A stretch of 64,000 nt of DNA from contig CALXMC010000004.1 in assembly GCA_944389385.1 (NCBI GenBank), positions 77,014 through 141,013 of the forward strand, given 5' to 3'. The DNA is from an uncultured Alphaproteobacteria bacterium. GTDB lineage: Bacteria > Pseudomonadota > Alphaproteobacteria > Rs-D84. Below are positions 1-10,020 of this stretch, piece after piece. How positions within the stretch are numbered: the first letter of the stretch is position 1; the number at the start of each line of letters is the position of its first letter. The notes under the pieces were generated by a model. It was not told the DNA's origin and did no database searches. It saw only the letters and a list, made by a program, of their open reading frames with translations. Made by a program: the position numbers and the translations under genes.

Positions 1-152
1 ACAGTCGTTTGCAACGCTGTGTCAATCGGTGCAACAATCCAAGTAAATAGGAAAATCAGCGCAATAAATATCAGTGGAAAACAAATCACCAAGAATACAG
101 TTTTTATGTTATTACTGCGAATATGATCGTATACGGTCTTGACTGGTTTCAT
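1..152 (-). CDS. partial CDS (first ~50 codons) of a membrane protein, possibly HtpX-like M48 peptidase; continues past window edge
   Basis: Reverse-strand ATG at 150-152 reads MKPVKTVYDHIRSNNIKTVFLVICFPLIFIALIFLFTW... and stays open to position 1. A short basic N-terminus is followed by a TM helix. Family is by resemblance only. Confidence 0.35.
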   Translation of the reverse strand, partial: MKPVKTVYDHIRSNNIKTVFLVICFPLIFIALIFLFTWIVAPIDTALQTT

Positions 153-249
153 ATCAAACATTTCCTTTGTCAGATTATTATAAACAAAAATACGAAAATA
201 CAAATATTATATTTTATTCAGATACGTATTTTTGTTATAATGCACTGAT

Positions 250-1230
250 ATGAGTAAATTTGCGTCATCTGCTTTTTGGGGATTGTTTATGATGTCTGGC
301 GCGTATGCGGCATCGTTGTTGCAGCCCACCTTGTTCCCGAAAACGGCCGACGATTTAACATTCACGCAAAATGTGGCTTTGCAATCTGCGGGGTACGAAC
401 CGTGGGAATCCATATACGATCCTGAAACGGGCAGGTGTATATCCGGGTGTTTGTATCCTGGAATTACACTGGCGGACGAATTAAGGATAAATCAACAAAA
501 TACCACTGTCGCCGCACAACAGTTGATACAGTATGTGCAAAATTACCCTGAACGTTTGAATTCGGACCAGTTTAATCACATACTTAACATATTGCGGAAT
601 CAGGCGCTTTTGGACGAATATGCGGACGTGTTGGCGCAATATGTCCCGCAGATTGTTTCCGAAGAAAATCAAAATAATAATAACCAAAATACAGCAAACG
701 AATATCTGGAAATTATATCAGATTACGCAGCGAATCTGGCGGAACAGCAAAACGGGAATGCGAATTATCCCCAACCGCCAAGGCGCGAATGTTGGCCAAA
801 CAGTCAAGAAATTCCCATCGGCCAAGATTTACCATTTGGTGAACCGTTAAAGAACAAACCGCGAATATCTTCGTCGTACGGTGGACGTATTCATCCAGTT
901 ACTGGACAGCCGTCTGGTCACAATGGAATCGATTTTTCGGTACCGGTCGGCACAGATGTTTTTTCGCCTGCATCGGGCAAAGTTGCCGCAGTTTGGCAAG
1001 ATGATACATGCGGTAAAGGGCTAAGGATTAAACATTCCAACAATTATGAAACTGTTTATTGTCATTTAAGCCGCGTATTGGTTGAACAAAATGAAAACGT
1101 TCAGGCGGGCTGCGGCGTTGCAAAATCTGGCAATACAGGGCGCAGTACGGGGGCGCATCTGCATTATGCCATAAAATTCAATGGAAATTATATCAACCCA
1201 ACCAGTTGGCTGGGACGTAATCAAGACTGA
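250..1230 (+). CDS. M23 family (LytM-type) metallopeptidase, secreted
   Basis: Signal-like N-terminus (FWGLFMMSGAYAAS). C-terminal motifs HNGIDFSVPVGT and GNTGRSTGAHLHYAI are typical of peptidase M23. Confidence 0.85.
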   Translation: MSKFASSAFWGLFMMSGAYAASLLQPTLFPKTADDLTFTQNVALQSAGYEPWESIYDPETGRCISGCLYPGITLADELRINQQNTTVAAQQLIQYVQNYPERLNSDQFNHILNILRNQALLDEYADVLAQYVPQIVSEENQNNNNQNTANEYLEIISDYAANLAEQQNGNANYPQPPRRECWPNSQEIPIGQDLPFGEPLKNKPRISSSYGGRIHPVTGQPSGHNGIDFSVPVGTDVFSPASGKVAAVWQDDTCGKGLRIKHSNNYETVYCHLSRVLVEQNENVQAGCGVAKSGNTGRSTGAHLHYAIKFNGNYINPTSWLGRNQD

Positions 1231-1592
1231 TTTTTGCGAAAAGTCACACTAAAACTGCCATTATTTATCGGGGAAATGGAAACGATAAATGGTGTTAAAA
1301 TACTTTCAGACGCCCATTGTGGAAATAATTGGTGCAAAACCCCACTGGCGCCTGTGATGATTGTCGCCCGTCGCACGCCAGATGTTGCCAAATTCATGAT
1401 GTCAACCCATGCCTGTTGGACGGTATGTTGATGCAAATCCAACACAGTATGCTTTGGAATTGGTGTGGGTGCGGGCGGTACACGTTGCGACAGTTTTAAC
1501 TCGGCGCGTACCATGCGACGTGCGGCGTCGTTATCAGGCGAAAATTCACCGTCCGCCATGGCCGCAATATCTGAATCAGTTAATTTTTTCAT
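1221..1592 (-). CDS. Smr domain protein
   Basis: LDLHQHTVQQAW...RRATIITGASG matches the Smr core pattern (lDLHG...iIhGkG). Its 3' end overlaps the convergent M23 gene by 10 nt. Confidence 0.6.
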   Translation of the reverse strand: MKKLTDSDIAAMADGEFSPDNDAARRMVRAELKLSQRVPPAPTPIPKHTVLDLHQHTVQQAWVDIMNLATSGVRRATIITGASGVLHQLFPQWASESILTPFIVSISPINNGSFSVTFRKNQS

Positions 1593-1594
1593 AC

Positions 1595-2362
1595 TTAATT
1601 CGTTTTTGCCCCAGATTCAAAATCCGCCGGTTTTTTATCCAACTTTTTTGTCCATTCGTTGTCTGGAAAATTCAGACGCAACATTTCGGCATATCCGTAC
1701 GCCTGTTCAGGCAACCCAATTGCGGTATAACATTCGGTTAATCTGTATAAAGCCTCGGGCGTCATGACGGTTTCTTGGGCGGTTTGCACAACCGATTGCA
1801 GACGTGAAATTGCGCTGGGCCAATTTTTGCGTGCCATGTCGCCACGTGCGGAATACATGGCTTTGCCCGCAATATAGTTCTTCAAGATGTTAATTTTATT
1901 TTCTGCATTTTTGGCGTATTCAGATTTTGGGAATCTGTCCACCAATTGTTGGAATTGTTGTAACGCGTATGCAGACATACCCGGTTCTCGGCGAACGTCG
2001 CTGACCTGGCGATAATAACACATTCCGCGCAGATACAGCATGTACGGAACATCGCGATGTCCGGGATGAAATCGCATAAATCGGTCAATTGCCATGATTG
2101 CGCCCGCAAAATCATCGTCCATATATTGTGAATACGCCGCCATTACCAACGCGTCCGCAGCCCATTGGGATGCAGGATATTGGTTTTCAGCCTGTAAAAA
2201 CTCTGTGGCGGCGGCCTCGTATTCTTCGTCGTTGAATTCTGCGTACGCAGATTCATATATTTCAGACAATGGTCGTTCGACGATAATATCGTTATCTGTG
2301 CCGGCGCACGCGGCCAACACAGCAGTCATTCCAATTAACATAAAAAATTTTTTTGTGTGCAT
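1595..2362 (-). CDS. bamD: outer membrane protein assembly factor BamD (TPR lipoprotein)
   Basis: Lipobox LAACAG after the signal peptide. TPR-like repeats and a YfiO/BamD-like sequence run throughout. Confidence 0.75.
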   Translation of the reverse strand: MHTKKFFMLIGMTAVLAACAGTDNDIIVERPLSEIYESAYAEFNDEEYEAAATEFLQAENQYPASQWAADALVMAAYSQYMDDDFAGAIMAIDRFMRFHPGHRDVPYMLYLRGMCYYRQVSDVRREPGMSAYALQQFQQLVDRFPKSEYAKNAENKINILKNYIAGKAMYSARGDMARKNWPSAISRLQSVVQTAQETVMTPEALYRLTECYTAIGLPEQAYGYAEMLRLNFPDNEWTKKLDKKPADFESGAKTN

Positions 2363-2408
2363 ATTCCTGCCTTGATTTTATATTCCATGTGGCAGTATAA
2401 TCCAAACT

Positions 2409-3869
2409 ATGAGTCTAGGCAAACATATTTTCGGCGTAAGTGTTATGACCGGCATCAGCCGTGTTTTTGGCTTTGTTCGCGATTTGTTGGTGGCGCACGT
2501 TTTTGGGGCAGGGCGTCTGTCAGACGTGTTTTTGGCGGCGTTCAAATTGCCCAACTTGTTCCGTGATTTATTGGGCGAGGGCGCATTATCATCCATATTC
2601 ATCCCGATGTACACCGATCGGAACAAAGACGAATATTTTGCCAAAAATGTGTTTTCTTGGCTGATGGTGATTTTATTATTCATCGCCATTTTGTTCGAAA
2701 TTTTTATGCCAATCGTCGTGTGGATATTGGCGCCTGGGTTCGCGGATGATCCCGGCAAAATGCAATTAACAGTTGTGATTTCGCGCATAATGTTTTGGTA
2801 TGTGGTGTTTATATGTGCGTCTGCGTTTTTGTCGGCCATTTTGAACGCGTTTTCAAGGTTTTTACTGGTGGCGTTTATGCCTGTGTTGTTAAACGTAATG
2901 TTAATTGGTGCATTGTTATTGGCGGCGTGGTTTGCCCCGATGACGATATTATACATCATGGCGGTCACCGTTGTGTTGGCGGGAATTTTACAGTTTGCGA
3001 TTTTATGGGGACGTATACGTCGCCATCATTTTGGCCTGCGGTTGATTCGCCCGCGTTGGACGCCTGAAATTAAAAGCATGTTCAAACGGTTGGGCATTGG
3101 TATTGTGGGCAATGGGTTTTACCAGATTACGACAATTGTTGGTACATTGGTCGCCAGTTTTCAAAGTGGTGCAGTGTCGTGGCTGTATTATTCCGACCGA
3201 ATGATTCAGTTACCAAATGCGCTGATTGCTTTGGCGGTTGGTACGGTTTTAATATCGTCCATGTCGAATGCCATGGCGCAAAAGAATATGGCCAGTGTTT
3301 ATCGCCAACAAAATATTTCTATGCGGCAATCTATGATGTTGATTATGCCATGTGTTGTCGGTTTGTTTGTTTTGGCGGAACCTATTATTCAGTATTTATT
3401 TGAATACGGTGCATGGACGCATGAATCCACCCATGCAGTTGCGATGGCAATGATGATTCAAGTTTTGGTTTTGCCCGCCATGATGATAAGCCAAATTTAC
3501 AGCAAAACTCTGTACGCGTCCCAGGATGTCCGTACACCCGTCACAACCAGTATTATATCGTTGATTGTTGCGATTTTAATATATGTTGGCGCATTCCATT
3601 TTGTGGGATATTTGGCGATTCCGATTGGCGTGGTGGCCAGTGGTTATCTGAAAAATTATTTGCTGCGTCGTGCGTGTCGCAAACGTGATTTGATACGAAC
3701 CGAGTCCCGTACGCGTCGCGCAATTGCTGCGTTTGGTGCATTGGCGGCGGCATTGGGGGTGGTGCTGTGGTTTGTGCCGATTACAAATATATGGGTGCTG
3801 TTTGCCGCAATTGGTGGGTTTGCGATTGTATATTTACCGACTGCATATTTGTTGGATAAAAAAATATAG
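2409..3869 (+). CDS. murJ: lipid II flippase MurJ (MviN)
   Basis: N-terminus SRVFGFVRDLLVAHVFGAG...DVFLAAFKLPNLFRDLLGEGALSSIFIP is the canonical MurJ signature. The protein is polytopic, 486 aa. Confidence 0.9.
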   Translation: MSLGKHIFGVSVMTGISRVFGFVRDLLVAHVFGAGRLSDVFLAAFKLPNLFRDLLGEGALSSIFIPMYTDRNKDEYFAKNVFSWLMVILLFIAILFEIFMPIVVWILAPGFADDPGKMQLTVVISRIMFWYVVFICASAFLSAILNAFSRFLLVAFMPVLLNVMLIGALLLAAWFAPMTILYIMAVTVVLAGILQFAILWGRIRRHHFGLRLIRPRWTPEIKSMFKRLGIGIVGNGFYQITTIVGTLVASFQSGAVSWLYYSDRMIQLPNALIALAVGTVLISSMSNAMAQKNMASVYRQQNISMRQSMMLIMPCVVGLFVLAEPIIQYLFEYGAWTHESTHAVAMAMMIQVLVLPAMMISQIYSKTLYASQDVRTPVTTSIISLIVAILIYVGAFHFVGYLAIPIGVVASGYLKNYLLRRACRKRDLIRTESRTRRAIAAFGALAAALGVVLWFVPITNIWVLFAAIGGFAIVYLPTAYLLDKKI

Positions 3870-3940
3870 TCAAAATAAAGTTGAAAGTGGGATTTTTATA
3901 TGATAAAATCCAATCATAAAAGAATGTAAGGAGTCCCACT

Positions 3941-4852
3941 ATGAAAAAAATAATCTCTTTGGCGGCATTAACGGCTGTGTTGGCCGGCTGTACTGATTTA
4001 AGTACCACGGATACCAGCACAATGAACGGCTATGCGGCCGATGGCTTTGGCGAAGAAACGTTAATTATGAATGACGAATCGCTGAATAATACATATTTGT
4101 TGGCACCGGCACCAAAATACTATGTCGGCAGTGCGTATAAAGTCGAAGATGTTCAATACATCCCGGTCGAAGATTTAACATATAATCAAACTGGTATTGC
4201 GGGCATCGTGCCGGCTGAATTAAATGGTACGAAAACCAGCAATGGCGAAGTGTTTGATATTAACCAAATGGTCGCCACCAGTAAAACGTTGCCATTACCA
4301 ACGATTGCACGTGTGACGAATTTGGATAACGGACAATCCGTTGTTGTTCGTGTAAATAATCGCGGGCCGTTCGTAAATACACGCATTATGGATTTGTCGC
4401 CGGCCGCCGCTGCCCAGATTGGCATGAATGGCCAATCCAAGGTCCAGGTCCAAGTTTTGCCCGATGAATCGATTGCGGTTAAAAATGCAACTTTGGGTGT
4501 TTCAAACCAATTGACACCGATTCAGCAGCCTGTACAAAATGTTGAAACAACTGTCGTGACAACAACAACCGCACCGGGCACAGTTATAACAACGACTGCG
4601 CCGGCAACAACGGGTGAATACAGTGTCCAGATTGCCGCATTCTATGCTCAAGACAGCGCGGATTCATTGGCCGCCCGTATGGCGAAATATGGCAACGCGG
4701 TTGTGGTTCAAGAAGGCGATATGTACAAAGTACGCATTGTGAATCTGGACGCACCCCAGGCACGCAGTGTTATCGACGCTTTGCGCAATAACGAAGGCAT
4801 GGCGCCTGGATTGTTACGCAATGGACGTTGGATAAATGCCGACAGTATTTAA
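3941..4852 (+). CDS. rlpA: septal ring lytic transglycosylase RlpA family lipoprotein (DPBB + SPOR)
   Basis: Lipobox LAGCTD. DPBB core TSNGEVFDINQMVATSKTLPLPTIARVTNLDNGQSVVVRVNNRGPF. C-terminal SPOR-like YSVQIAAF...YKVRI. Confidence 0.8.
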   Translation: MKKIISLAALTAVLAGCTDLSTTDTSTMNGYAADGFGEETLIMNDESLNNTYLLAPAPKYYVGSAYKVEDVQYIPVEDLTYNQTGIAGIVPAELNGTKTSNGEVFDINQMVATSKTLPLPTIARVTNLDNGQSVVVRVNNRGPFVNTRIMDLSPAAAAQIGMNGQSKVQVQVLPDESIAVKNATLGVSNQLTPIQQPVQNVETTVVTTTTAPGTVITTTAPATTGEYSVQIAAFYAQDSADSLAARMAKYGNAVVVQEGDMYKVRIVNLDAPQARSVIDALRNNEGMAPGLLRNGRWINADSI

Positions 4853-4860
4853 TAAAAAAA

Positions 4861-4884
4861 CGGGGCGTCGCCCCGTTTTTTTAT
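4861..4884 (+). terminator. rho-independent terminator after rlpA
   Basis: Hairpin cggggcg-tcg-ccccg followed by a T-run. Confidence 0.7.
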
Positions 4885-4947
4885 TTGTAATATTTGATTT
4901 TGAAAAAATCCTGATATAAAATGGCAATCAGTAAAAGGAGTTAAACT

Positions 4948-5487
4948 ATGTGGGTTACGATTGCTGTTGTTGCTGTTATTTTATTATATTTTGTTATGGT
5001 GTATAACGGACTGGTTGCGCGTCAGAACCAGGTACGCGAGGCCTGGGCCACAATCGACACGCAATTAAAGCGTCGTTATGATTTAATTCCGAATTTGATT
5101 GAAACGGTGCGTGGCGCGGCCAAACACGAACGCGAAACACTGGAATCTGTAACCCGTGCGCGCGATGCGGCCATGGCGGCGAATGGTGCAAATCGCGCAG
5201 ATGCAGAAAACAAATTGACTGAAACGTTAAAAAATCTGTTTGCGATTTCTGAAAATTATCCGAATTTGCGCGCGAACGAAAACTTTTTGGAATTACAGCG
5301 CGAATTGACTGATACCGAAACAAAAATCCAGGCAGCACGTCAATTTTATAATAATGTGGTTATGGGGCTGAATACTCAAATCGAGCAATTCCCATCGAAC
5401 ATCGTTGCACGTATGTTTAATATAACCACTGAAAAGATGTTCGAAATGGATGAATCCGAAAAGAAAGCACCACGGGTGAAATTTTAA
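4948..5487 (+). CDS. lemA: LemA family protein
   Basis: N-terminal TM helix, then YNGLVARQNQVREAWATIDTQLKRRYDLIPNL, typical of LemA. Confidence 0.85.
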   Translation: MWVTIAVVAVILLYFVMVYNGLVARQNQVREAWATIDTQLKRRYDLIPNLIETVRGAAKHERETLESVTRARDAAMAANGANRADAENKLTETLKNLFAISENYPNLRANENFLELQRELTDTETKIQAARQFYNNVVMGLNTQIEQFPSNIVARMFNITTEKMFEMDESEKKAPRVKF

Positions 5488-6341
5488 TGCAAAAATTCAC
5501 ACTGCACACGCATACAATTGGATTTGACGGGAAAAATACAGTCCTGGAAATGGTTTCGTCTGCGCGTGCAGCAGGCTTTGATACGTTGGGGGTGTCAAAT
5601 CATTTTATTGTTCATCCCAAGATAAAAGAATCCCGCATGTATCCGTATGCCGTACGTGGCGGATATTCCGCGATTTATTCAGATTCTTTTGACGAAGTAA
5701 TGGATAAATTTCGCGCGCATTATACAGAATTGCGACAATTACAGTCCGAATCAAACATTCGTATTTTATGCGGGGCCGAGGTTGATTTTTTCCCCACGCG
5801 CGCGTGGCGCGATGGATTTTTGCATGCAGTGGATGAATTAAGCCCCGATTATCTTATTGGTTCTGCGCATTTTGTTTATTACGATGGCAATTTATGCAAT
5901 GTGCATGATATTGCGAACGTTGACGCAGATGTGCGTGATGAAATTTTGGGCATTTATTGGGATAATGTTGCCGCTGCGGCAACAAGTGGGCTGTTTAATT
6001 TTATGGCGCATATCGATTTACCCAAAAAGGTCGGCATTGGCCGTACGGACAAATGGTGCGCCGCGGAAAATCGCGCTTTGGACGCCATCGCAGATTCCGG
6101 CACGGCAATGGAAATAAACACCGGATTGTACAGGCCGGAAATATACGAACCGTATCCATCCGCCCGAATTTTGCATGCCGCGGCGGCAAGAAATATCCCG
6201 GTATTGTTGTCGGATGATGCGCATGCGGCAAATCAAATTGGCCGGCATTTTGATGATGCGCGTCAATTTGCACACGATTGTGGCGTTAATAATTTTATAA
6301 CGTTACAGAATTTACTTGATTTTCCGCGAAAAAGCCGTTAA
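5487..6341 (+). CDS. PHP-domain phosphoesterase (histidinol-phosphatase HisJ-like family)
   Basis: HTHTIGFDG at the N-terminus plus later His/Asp motifs (GSAHF, MAHIDL, SDDAH) fit the PHP fold. The start overlaps the lemA stop (TAATG). Confidence 0.65.
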   Translation: MQKFTLHTHTIGFDGKNTVLEMVSSARAAGFDTLGVSNHFIVHPKIKESRMYPYAVRGGYSAIYSDSFDEVMDKFRAHYTELRQLQSESNIRILCGAEVDFFPTRAWRDGFLHAVDELSPDYLIGSAHFVYYDGNLCNVHDIANVDADVRDEILGIYWDNVAAAATSGLFNFMAHIDLPKKVGIGRTDKWCAAENRALDAIADSGTAMEINTGLYRPEIYEPYPSARILHAAAARNIPVLLSDDAHAANQIGRHFDDARQFAHDCGVNNFITLQNLLDFPRKSR

Positions 6342-6457
6342 AATGACCCCCGCTGGATAACCAGAACTGAATAAGCAATATGTATTTTGGTCATATTGAC
6401 GATAAGGATTCTGTGAAGTGTCCGGCACCGAAAAACCAAAAAATAAAAGGATAAATT

Positions 6458-7090
6458 ATGGCAAGAGCAGGCGCAAAGCGCAGCACCAGAAAATTAAAAA
6501 TCGGTCGCAGTTTGGGCGTGAATTTGTGGGGCCAGGCAAAATCCCCATTCAACAAACGCAAATATAAACCCGGTCAACATGGTCCAACATCCCGTGGTGG
6601 TAATTCGTCTGATTACGCAAAGCAGATGCGCGCGAAACAGACTTTGAAGGGATACTATGGCAACATTGGCGAAAAGAAATTCCGTTCATATTATTTGGAA
6701 GCAAACAATATGCGTGGTGACACCCCAGATAATTTGATTGGTTTGCTGGAACGTCGTTTGGACGCGGTTGTATATCGCGCTAAATTGGCACCAACCGTCT
6801 TTTCATCACGCCAGTTGATAAGCCACGGTCACATCTATGTCAATGGCAAACGCGTTAAAATCGCATCTTATCAGGTAAAACCAGGTGATGTTATCACAGT
6901 CAGTGAAAAAGCAAAACAAATGCCACTGGTTGTGTTGGCTTTGGAATCCGCAGAACGTCAATGGCCGGATTATATCAACGTGGACAGTGCAAACTTTACC
7001 GCGACATTTACACGTGTTCCGATGTTTGCAGACGTCCCGTACCCTGTCCAGATGTTCCCGGAATTGGTCGTCGAATTTTATTCTCGTTAA
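6458..7090 (+). CDS. rpsD: 30S ribosomal protein S4
   Basis: RSLGVNLWG...GQHG...[12 protein letters not shown]...S4 domain [11 protein letters not shown]. The RBS aaaagga lies upstream. Confidence 0.95.
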   Translation: MARAGAKRSTRKLKIGRSLGVNLWGQAKSPFNKRKYKPGQHGPTSRGGNSSDYAKQMRAKQTLKGYYGNIGEKKFRSYYLEANNMRGDTPDNLIGLLERRLDAVVYRAKLAPTVFSSRQLISHGHIYVNGKRVKIASYQVKPGDVITVSEKAKQMPLVVLALESAERQWPDYINVDSANFTATFTRVPMFADVPYPVQMFPELVVEFYSR

Positions 7091-7110
7091 TAATAAACGC
7101 GAAAAATTCA

Positions 7111-7140
7111 ATCCCACCGATTCCGGTGGGATTTCTTTTT
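7111..7140 (+). terminator. rho-independent terminator after rpsD
   Basis: Hairpin atcccaccg-attc-cggtgggat followed by a T-run. Confidence 0.7.
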
Positions 7141-7191
7141 ACTGGCAAAGATTTTGCAAACGTTTTATTATACAGGCAAAGGATTTTTATA

Positions 7192-8247
7192 ATGGCACAA
7201 TCAAACGATATTATTCTGACTGGAATACGCCCGACGGGCTCGTTGCATATCGGGCATATGGTCGGTGCACTGATACCGAATATTGAAATTCAAAATGCGG
7301 GCGGATATAAAAAAATGTACGCTATGATTGCGGACGCCCAGGGGCTGACCGACAATTTTGACAATCCTGAACGCGTGCGTGAAAATGTTATGGAAGTCGC
7401 ACTGGATATGCTGGCAACGGGGTACAATCCGGAAAAAACAACGATATTTATTCAATCCGAAATATCAGAACTGACCGAATTGACGTTTTACTATATGAAT
7501 CTGGTGACTATTGCACGTCTGCAGCGTAACCCGACGGTAAAAACGGAAATCGCGCAAAAGGAAAAGTTTAATGGTGGTGTACCAGTTGGCTTTTTTACTT
7601 ATCCGATATCCCAGGCGGCGGACATAACCGCGTTTGGTGCGAATATTGTGCCCGTTGGTGATGACCAGTTGCCTATGTTGGAACAGGCGGCGGAAATTGT
7701 GCATAAGTTTAACAGTATATATGGCGACACGTTGATTATGCCGCGCGCAGTTGTGCCGAAAACAAAATCAGCGGCGCGTCTGCCTGGTATTGACGGTAAT
7801 GCGAAAATGGGCAAATCGTTAAACAACGGCATTTATCTGAAAGATTCCGCCGATGAAATCGCGGCCAAGGTAAAATCTATGTACACCGACCCAAATCACA
7901 TCCGTGTCGAAGACCCCGGCAACACGACGGAAAATCCGGTGTTTATATATTTGTCGGTTTTTGCACGTCCTGAACACTTTGCGGCGTTTTTGCCGGAATA
8001 TCGGGATTATAATGAATTGGCGGCGCACTATGAACGCGGCGGTTTGGGCGATGTAAAGGTTAAAAAGTTCCTGAACGCCGTGATGCAGGAAACATTGCGT
8101 CCGATACGGGAACGTCGCGAAGCGTTGGCGCGTGATCCGGCGTCGGTTATGGAAATATTGCGTCGTGGCACAATGGACGCACGCGCGGCGGCGGCTGATA
8201 CTTTGGCGCGGGTAAAGCGTGCAATGAAATTGAACTATTTTGATTAA
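7192..8247 (+). CDS. trpS: tryptophan--tRNA ligase
   Basis: ILTGIRPTGSLHIGH (HIGH motif) and KMGKS (KMSKS-type). Start is taken at the internal ATG 7192 (MAQSNDIILTG). The longer ORF from 6961 overlaps rpsD and its terminator. Confidence 0.9.
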   Translation: MAQSNDIILTGIRPTGSLHIGHMVGALIPNIEIQNAGGYKKMYAMIADAQGLTDNFDNPERVRENVMEVALDMLATGYNPEKTTIFIQSEISELTELTFYYMNLVTIARLQRNPTVKTEIAQKEKFNGGVPVGFFTYPISQAADITAFGANIVPVGDDQLPMLEQAAEIVHKFNSIYGDTLIMPRAVVPKTKSAARLPGIDGNAKMGKSLNNGIYLKDSADEIAAKVKSMYTDPNHIRVEDPGNTTENPVFIYLSVFARPEHFAAFLPEYRDYNELAAHYERGGLGDVKVKKFLNAVMQETLRPIRERREALARDPASVMEILRRGTMDARAAAADTLARVKRAMKLNYFD

Positions 8248-8276
8248 AACAAAAGCCAAGGAAAGGAGAAAGAGAA

Positions 8277-9020
8277 ATGAAAAATGCTTTGATTTGGACG
8301 GGCAGTGTAATTGGCGTTGGTGCCGTGTTGGCATTGTTGTTTGGATGGTTGGATAAACCGGAAACGCCACGCGTGATATCGGTTAATGGCGAATGTTTAA
8401 CGTCTGCGCCAAAGGACAGAACTGCAATCACATTGCGCGTGACGACGTTGGATAAATCGGCGGCGACATCTATGAAAATGGCAACGGCCAAGATTAACGA
8501 AATTACAGATTATCTGAAAACCCAAGATGTCCAAATGCAGACCACTGAATTTAATTCGTATGAACGGTCTGAATGGAATCGGGAATTGGAAAAATCTGTT
8601 GTGTTGGGCACAGAAACGACAATCGCAATCGAAGTTTCCGCCGATAATATCGACACGATTGAAAAAATCTTGACTCAATTCGCCGGCCAAGAAGACGTTT
8701 ATTCAGAAAATCTGCGCATGTACACCAGTGCCGAAACAATGAAACCGATATTGGAAGATTGTCTGGGGGCGGCGGTTGAAAACGCGCGCGAACGTGCGAA
8801 TGCACTGGCGGCGGGCGATGGGCGCAGTGCGGGCAAGATGTTAAGTGTATCGTACAGTTTGGGCGGTTCATCATCGGTGCAACCACGCGCGTCTAATTTC
8901 TTGACTGCGTCTGCAAAAATGGCCGTCGCCGATGCCGAGGCTTTTTCCGCCGCCGGCAGCATAGTTGCCAAAGATACCGAGGTTTCCGTCACTGTATCTG
9001 CAACATTTGAAATAAAATAA
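8277..9020 (+). CDS. SIMPL/DUF541 (BP26-like) periplasmic protein
   Basis: N-terminal TM/signal. The overall pattern resembles the SIMPL/26-kDa periplasmic immunogenic protein family. Confidence 0.6.
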   Translation: MKNALIWTGSVIGVGAVLALLFGWLDKPETPRVISVNGECLTSAPKDRTAITLRVTTLDKSAATSMKMATAKINEITDYLKTQDVQMQTTEFNSYERSEWNRELEKSVVLGTETTIAIEVSADNIDTIEKILTQFAGQEDVYSENLRMYTSAETMKPILEDCLGAAVENARERANALAAGDGRSAGKMLSVSYSLGGSSSVQPRASNFLTASAKMAVADAEAFSAAGSIVAKDTEVSVTVSATFEIK

Positions 9021-9024
9021 TAAA

Positions 9025-9942
9025 ATGAATGAGTATGTCGCCGGGTTTGTAGAGTATTTAACGCAGACAAAAAATTATTCTGCGAACACGGCGACTGCGT
9101 ATGAAACGGACGTACGCGATTTTATCAAATTTTATGATAACTATATTGGCGCAACCACAACAATTGCGGATTTTGCGCGTGCAGACGCAATTTGTTTTCG
9201 CGCATGGATGGCGGATCGTGGGCGGCGCGAATTGTCGCATAAATCGACTGCGCGTGCGTTATCGTCATTGCGCGGGTTTTATAAATTTTTGGCAAAAAAA
9301 CATAATATAGAAAATGGCGCGATTGGGCTGATTTCTTCACCCAAAGTGCCACGTAAACTGTCCAAGGCCATAAATGTCACCGATGTTGAACACATGCACG
9401 ACGCAATTCGTGAAATTGACGATGCAGAACCATGGATTGCGGCACGTGATTGGGCACTGGTAATGTTGATGTTTGGTTGTGGCCTGCGTATATCCGAGGC
9501 TTTAAGTTTAACCAATGCGGACGTTACGGGGCGTCCCGATGCGCTGCGCATATTGGGCAAGGGTGATAAAGAACGTATTGTGCCTGTGTTACCGGCGGTT
9601 TGGGATGCCGTTGAAAAATACATAAAATTGCGCCCGTTTGGCATGTCGCCGAATGAAAATTTATTCCGCAGTGTGCGCGGATTGCCCATGTCATCACGCA
9701 TGGCGGAAAAAGTTATCGAAAAATTGCGTCATTATTTACAGTTGCCTGATTATGTAACGCCGCACGCGCTGCGTCATACGTTTGCAACGGCAATGTTGGC
9801 GGGTGGGGCTGATTTACGCAGTTTACAGGAATTATTGGGACATTCTTCATTATCCACCACGCAATTGTATACCAAAGTAAATATGGCGGAAATTATGGAT
9901 GCGTACGAACACGCACACCCGTTGGCGGATACAGATGAATAA
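9025..9942 (+). CDS. tyrosine recombinase XerC/XerD family
   Basis: N-terminal SAM-like domain (NTATAYETDVRDF). C-terminal HALRHTFATAMLAGGADLRSLQELLGHSSLSTTQLYT carries the catalytic R..H..R..Y signature. Confidence 0.85.
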   Translation: MNEYVAGFVEYLTQTKNYSANTATAYETDVRDFIKFYDNYIGATTTIADFARADAICFRAWMADRGRRELSHKSTARALSSLRGFYKFLAKKHNIENGAIGLISSPKVPRKLSKAINVTDVEHMHDAIREIDDAEPWIAARDWALVMLMFGCGLRISEALSLTNADVTGRPDALRILGKGDKERIVPVLPAVWDAVEKYIKLRPFGMSPNENLFRSVRGLPMSSRMAEKVIEKLRHYLQLPDYVTPHALRHTFATAMLAGGADLRSLQELLGHSSLSTTQLYTKVNMAEIMDAYEHAHPLADTDE

Positions 9943-10020
9943 TTTGATAAAAATGTACTTTACATATTTTGTGATTTTGAATACAATTACGCAGTAAAAC
10001 AAACAAAGGAAGGATAAAAA

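Noticed and set aside
2378-2968. 196-aa reverse-strand ORF
   Set aside because: It is antisense within murJ, which has an unmistakable MurJ signature. It is a shadow ORF.
6961-7191. N-terminal 77-aa extension of trpS in the ORF track
   Set aside because: The extension overlaps the rpsD 3' end and its terminator. The conserved TrpRS sequence begins at the internal ATG 7192.
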